Positions 58,652-64,000 of a stretch of DNA of 64,000 nucleotides are shown one piece after another. The DNA lies in assembly GCA_964187785.1 (NCBI GenBank), contig OZ076413.1:50160001-50224000 (forward strand), given 5' to 3'. Origin of the DNA: Amphiscolops sp. MND2022 (lineage: Eukaryota). The position numbers and the translations under genes are program-made. The notes under the pieces were generated by a model. The model searched no databases, had not been told where the DNA came from, and was given only the letters and a program-made list of their open reading frames with translations. Numbering within the stretch: position 1 is the stretch's first letter; every line of letters begins with the position of its first letter.

Positions 58652-59748
58652 CCTTATGGTACCAAAAAGCTAACATTGCAAGCGATCTTTTTATTGGATT
58701 TCACATTTCGTATCACAGAAAGAAACAAATTGTTGGAAAGTGTGCGAAAACTTGTTCGTTGACCCAGAGAATTTGAGAGTTTTAGGAACTTTTCTAAGCA
58801 ACGTAGGGGACTAGTTATGAAATTGAAATGAAATTTTTCCGGCAAAAGAGTTTCGTTTCCCATAGCGCCGAAGGATACCGACTCAAAAATACTCAAAAGG
58901 ATACGCATAAGACTCGAAACGCATAAACTACTCTCTCCCCAACTGGAAACAGCAAAAATCCATCTCGCTCAACCAAAAAATTGAGAAAAAAATGACTCCG
59001 GTAAGTCGTATAGTGCCAAAAACCTCAAGGAGTCCTCTATTACCGCAAAAATTTCGGTTTGGAAAGTTTCTTGAAAAATACGGATATTATCAAAAAAAAA
59101 TGGGTGGATATGTATTGAGAAAACCCAATATCAGACAAAACAAATAATGAGAAGTTTGAACAGCCTCATGGTGCTAAAAAATCTAAAATATCATTCATTC
59201 TGTTGCAAAATATGAAAAAGTTGAAGGGGGGCTTTTTGGAGAAATTTAAAATGCCTTTGGAGACCATGCCGACAAAAGGGGAAGTATCATAATGCTGAAA
59301 TCGTGGAAAGGGGGCTCTTTTTCTTTGAAATGGTTTCGTATTTCATTTTAGAGACTTTGGATGTGTCAAAATGAAGTATTCAGTGTTATACGGTGTAATA
59401 CCGAACCGATTCTTTCGGTTGACAAACGTCAATCAAACTTAGATCTTTCTTTAGACCTTTATAGAACAAATGAGATTTATGTTTATACATATTTGTAAAC
59501 ATAGTGCTAAATCTTTCCTACTAAAGATACATCATTTGTGATACAAAACAGGATAGAAAGAAGATCGCTTTGGCTTTGCTTTTGAGTTCAAAGATACTTT
59601 TAACAAAACCCATATTGTTTTCTTATCTAACCAAGAATTAGAACATTCAAATAACAAATACCACGAATTACAATTAAAATGGAATGAGCTGAGCAAACTG
59701 TTAAACCGCTAAATCTGATCAATCCGAAATGGCTTCTAGTTCTAACAA

Positions 59749-62520
59749 ATGATTCATCAACTTTTAGAGTTCTTTGTATTGATAATCTTTCTTGCGACTC
59801 CAACATATGGCTTAATGAAACGTGAAACAAATAGGTTAAAGTATCTGAACATGTATCGCCAGAAGAACACGAACATCAGACTCTTGCGATATACTTGTGG
59901 AAAATCTTATAACAAAATCAAGTTGCTAAGGTCTGACGACATTGAGCTGAACCCAGGACCAGAAGATATCTATAAGCTACTTACCCAAATTTTCACCAAA
60001 CAAAATGGAAAATTGAAATTCTTCAATATAAACTGTCAGAGCCTCAATAATAAAAAAGAGTCTTTCAAAGACATAATCCAAGACCTTGGAGAAAATACTA
60101 TCTATGGAATCACCGAAACATGGCTTTCTGAAGAAGATGATGAGAAACTCTGGGAAATAAACAATAGATTTAAATTTTTTAGATATGACCGAAAGTCAAA
60201 CGAAAAGAAGAAAGGTGGTGGAGTGATCTTAGCAGTTCCAAAGTCACTGAACCCGAAAAAACGTCCGAATTTTAATCATATGAGCAAAAACATTTTTGAG
60301 AGTTTATGGATGGAATGCAAATTGACTAACTCGGTTTCGGAGAAGTCAAGGCATTTATATAACATTAGTTATAATCCGCAAAAAAAAGCATTACAATAGT
60401 TTCCTCGAGGAATTGTCAACCAGCATCGATTATGCCATTACTGAGAAAAAACCATTAGTGCTCATGGGCGACTATAATATAAATTACTTCGACAAAAGAG
60501 AAAGAGAATGTTTGGAAACCATTCTGACACCGTACGGCCTCAATGTCATGAATAAAGATCAAGCTACCAGAGTGCAAAATCAATCAAGAACACTCATTGA
60601 CTACATCATTACGGATCATTTGAAATCTGAAAAAATCAATAGATCAATAGATCATCGCGCAACGTCCGTCGTAAGTAACCTACAGATCGAAAAACGTTGT
60701 AATGTTACAATCAAAGAGGTTTTTGACAAAAGTAATTATAAGAGAGATGAATTTTGTCAAGAGATTCAAAGGAGTGACTGGTGTAGGTTCTATCGCCAGA
60801 AGAGTGCTGAAGAAATGTTCTACGTTTTTAATGTCATCTTGAAAAATGCGATGAGAAAATGTGTCTTTATGAAAAAAATCTTCATTCGTAATGATAAGAA
60901 TCTCTTAACGATTCAAAAATCATGGGTTGAAAAAGAGTCCATCGAAATATACAATGAAATGAAACAATGCATGCATCCAGATGATATCTCGTATAATAAA
61001 ATTCAACAGAATTTCGTTGAAAAAATTAATGAAAATCGTTCCGCCCATAACTTCAACACGTTCAAGAATCTGGAGACAGAGCGAGAAAAGTGGAACTTCA
61101 TCAATGAAGCGAGAAATTCCAAAAAAAGCAAAACTGAAATCTCTTCACTCAAAAATGTTTTTGGCGACATCTATACTGACCAAAATAAGATAGTGAATTT
61201 ACTTAACTACCGTTTCTCAAAACTTGGTGACTACTTAGCTTCAAAGCAAATTCCGTATAGAAGTAACAAGGAAATTGCCATGAGCAAGAGTCTGATGTTC
61301 GAATTTGAACCCATCAGCATCTACACTTGTAAAAATTTTCTAAAAGAATTAGACCCTTGTAAACCTTTAGGGCCGTCCGCAATACCAGCTTGGGCACTTA
61401 AAGATTCTATTAACACGATTGCCGAACCACTGTGCTTTCTGATAAATGCTTCCTTGGATGAAGGTAGGTTCCCTAGTGAATGCAAAAGAGCTGATGTTTG
61501 CCCGGTTTTCAAAAAAGGTGATACTGAAGATCCATCTAATTATAGACCCAAATCTATAACGGCTGCAATATCGAACATTTTCGAGAAAGTCATTAGAGAA
61601 CAAATAATGGAATATTTAAATAAAAACAAACTTCTTAGCCAAGTACAATTTGGCTTCCGAGAAAACTTTTCTGCAACTGACGCACTAGTATATGCTACGG
61701 AAAAAATAAGGAAAGAAATCGATTGCAATCAAATTGTTACAGCTGCTTTCCTGGATTTATCAAAGGCTTTTGACTCTATTTCACATGAAATTCTACTAGA
61801 AAAACTTAAGGAACTTCATTTCGATCAAAAAGCAGTGTCTTTAATAGAAAGTTTCCTGATTGGACGGACACAAAGAGTAGTATTATCAACATCGACATCC
61901 GATTGGATTAATTTATATCAAGGAGTTCCACAAGGTACTGTACTCGGCCCTTTACTTTCCAATATATATGTTAACAACATGAAGAATTCCAATCAATCTC
62001 CCTTGTACCTGGTTCTGTATGCAGATGATACTTTTCTCTTTGTAGCAGCTAAAGACATTGCAACTGGCGTTGATTATCTGCAGAAAGGCATAAAAGAACA
62101 TTCTGATTTTTTCGCAATCCACCGTCTCAATGTAAATGCTGACAAGACAGAGTTCATTGTTTTCTGTAAATCATCCAAAAACAGTTCAATAAAAACGCTA
62201 CGTTAAAAGTTGGGAATTATTTGATTAAACAAAAAGAATCTGTAAAATATCTTGGAGTTTATTTGGATAGGAATCTCAATTATCAAGCAAAGGTGAAGAA
62301 TATCTTACGAAAAATGGCTTGTAGTATTAAAACCATTTTTTATGTCCGCGACTTCCTTCCAGAGAAAACTCGATTATTTCTATTAAAAGCCCTTGTGATC
62401 AGCCATCTCCAGTATTCATCGGTATTATTGAATGGTATCTCTCAGAGCCTAATTTCGACTTTAGAAAAACAATTGAATTGGGGTGTTAAAGCGTGTTTCA
62501 ATAGATACAAAATGGATTCT
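59749..62520 (+). mobile_element. Non-LTR retrotransposon (APE endonuclease + RT, CR1/L2-group-like), frameshifted and 3'-truncated
   Basis: APE: NINCQSL, GITETWL, RYDR...GGGV, MGDYN, TLIDYI. RT: PVFKKGD, NYRP, QFGFR, LDLSKAFD, GVPQGTVLGP, YADD, KYLGV. Frame breaks at ~60400 and ~62205. Confidence 0.93.
59920..59961 (+). other. 2A-like StopGo motif (KLLRSDDIELNPGP)
   Basis: Matches D(V/I)ExNPGP, just upstream of the APE domain. Confidence 0.8.
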
Positions 62521-64000
62521 TTTTCGAAGGAAAACTTTTTCCGAGTCCTGGGGTTTTTTTTTAAAGGAAAACTTTTTCCGAGTCTTGGGGTGTCGTCTTT
62601 GATAAATGTTATATTGTGGAAAATGAGTTTGTCTCAAAGATTGTAGAAAAGACCTACTTTCGATATTTTGGGCACTGTGCGACTTTTTTTGGTTATTTTC
62701 ATTTGATCAAAGTGTACCCTTTCACTTTAATAAAGCGTTTGGCGGGCTCAAAGCTTCTTTTTCGGCACTATGAAACTCAAGGTCTTGTTAAGGATTAATT
62801 AAGGTCTCAGTCTTATTACGAACTTGTTGTTTCGTTGCTGAATGCAATTTAGATTCGATAAAAAAATCAAATAAGTTCGCGAATTGAAAAACCGTTGACA
62901 CTTCAAAAGTTTTGGTGCCATCAGGTTTTATAACTACTCAAAACATTAGCAGTCTATTTTGACCACCTAAATGGAGTCAAACGGTCAACTACAGGCAGCC
63001 ATACCATTACGCGATCATCAAAACTCCAAGGAAAACAGTAGTCATCTGAACGAGCATTTTCTAATCAAGAAATAACTGACTTGTACTTCTATCAACTTTG
63101 TCTTTTTACTGTTACTAATTGCAATTTGATAACATTTTCTTTATATTTCATCTGATTGTTTGCAACCTGAAACTCGCATTTCAAAATGTTTTGTGAAGAA
63201 AAATTAACATTTTTGTTGTTAAATTGTTTAACATGATTTGCATCATCTAGCTTTGTGAGGCGTTGCTCTACGAAAGATTTGGTGTCAAGTTTTTTGTCTG
63301 TTTTGTAACTCAGTTTGGTAAAAAGTTTTAACTTAATTCCACATTTCATGAATTTTATGAGAGGTTTAGGGATTTTCAAACAACCTTGACTTCATTCGTG
63401 GTAACTTCATCCGTAACTGCAATGTTACGTTACAAACTCTTCCATGCATTTTCATTGCATCTGACCGTGTGAATCTTTCAAGTTCATCTCTCAAATCTGG
63501 CCGATGGATGTCAAAAATTGGTAAAGGCCCGGGTTGACTTCCACATAAAAACAACTATCCGGATCATAAAAGTCGTATATGTCGGTATTTGAATTCAGTC
63601 GTACAGTGACCATAAAAGTAAAAAAAAAAATTCAAGTCATACATAAAAAATTTGCATAACGTCCCCGGGTTTCCCGACCATGCTGATCATAATCTGACCA
63701 TATTATGGCACCATACAAATCATACAAATTTCCTCACTGTGATCTAGCCATGATCGGCCTGAAATCATAGATGGTCCAGAGTATGATCGGCCTGGAATCA
63801 TTTATGGTCCATACAGTGAGTATGATTCCAGTTTTGGAACCGGGTCAGTATTTTCTACCCTAAGCCCGGCCCGAGCCCGTTTCAAAAATCCTACCACTAC
63901 CCGATAGTTTTGAATATTTTTAACACCCGACAGAACTGACCGAAAACGAATTTGATACCCGAAAGTAAATTGTAAATGGTAATCATGTATAAGCATTGTG

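Noticed and set aside
63092..63554. Two adjacent minus-strand ORFs
   Set aside because: Could be a frameshifted TE or gene fragment, but I recognise no domain.
63670..63830. Short repeats (TGATCGGCCTGRAATCAT) as a CRISPR-like array
   Set aside because: Only two good copies, irregular spacing, eukaryotic context and no cas genes; a degenerate minisatellite.

Overview
Repeat-rich, AT-rich eukaryotic genomic DNA, most likely from an invertebrate animal, made mostly of transposable elements. The main feature is a very young 15.5-kb Ty3/Gypsy LTR retrotransposon (525-16076) with apparently identical 1,630-bp LTRs and intact gag and pol joined by a predicted -1 frameshift. It carries about 6 kb of extra cargo. 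The first part is an antisense, four-exon gene (about 1,183 aa, three phase-compatible GT-AG introns) encoding a BED-type zinc-finger protein that looks like a hAT transposase lacking its catalytic residues. The second part is a sense ORF with a SUMO-interacting-like motif that runs through the PPT into the 3' LTR. Gag itself starts 181 codons inside the LTR. A 94-bp ends-only relative of this LTR (58558-58651) conserves both coding termini with mostly synonymous changes. The rest of the window holds a decayed BEL/Pao element with a second BEL/Pao nested in it, a 3.5-kb tandem duplication (one copy interrupted by a 1.9-kb solo LTR), a MITE family with 8-bp TSDs, tRNA-derived SINE-like repeats, a two-exon host gene for a secreted saposin-like protein, a decayed Gypsy element with a near-complete BEL/Pao nested in it, and a broken APE-RT LINE carrying a virus-like 2A (DIELNPGP) motif. 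All family assignments come from motifs read by eye; no database searches were run.
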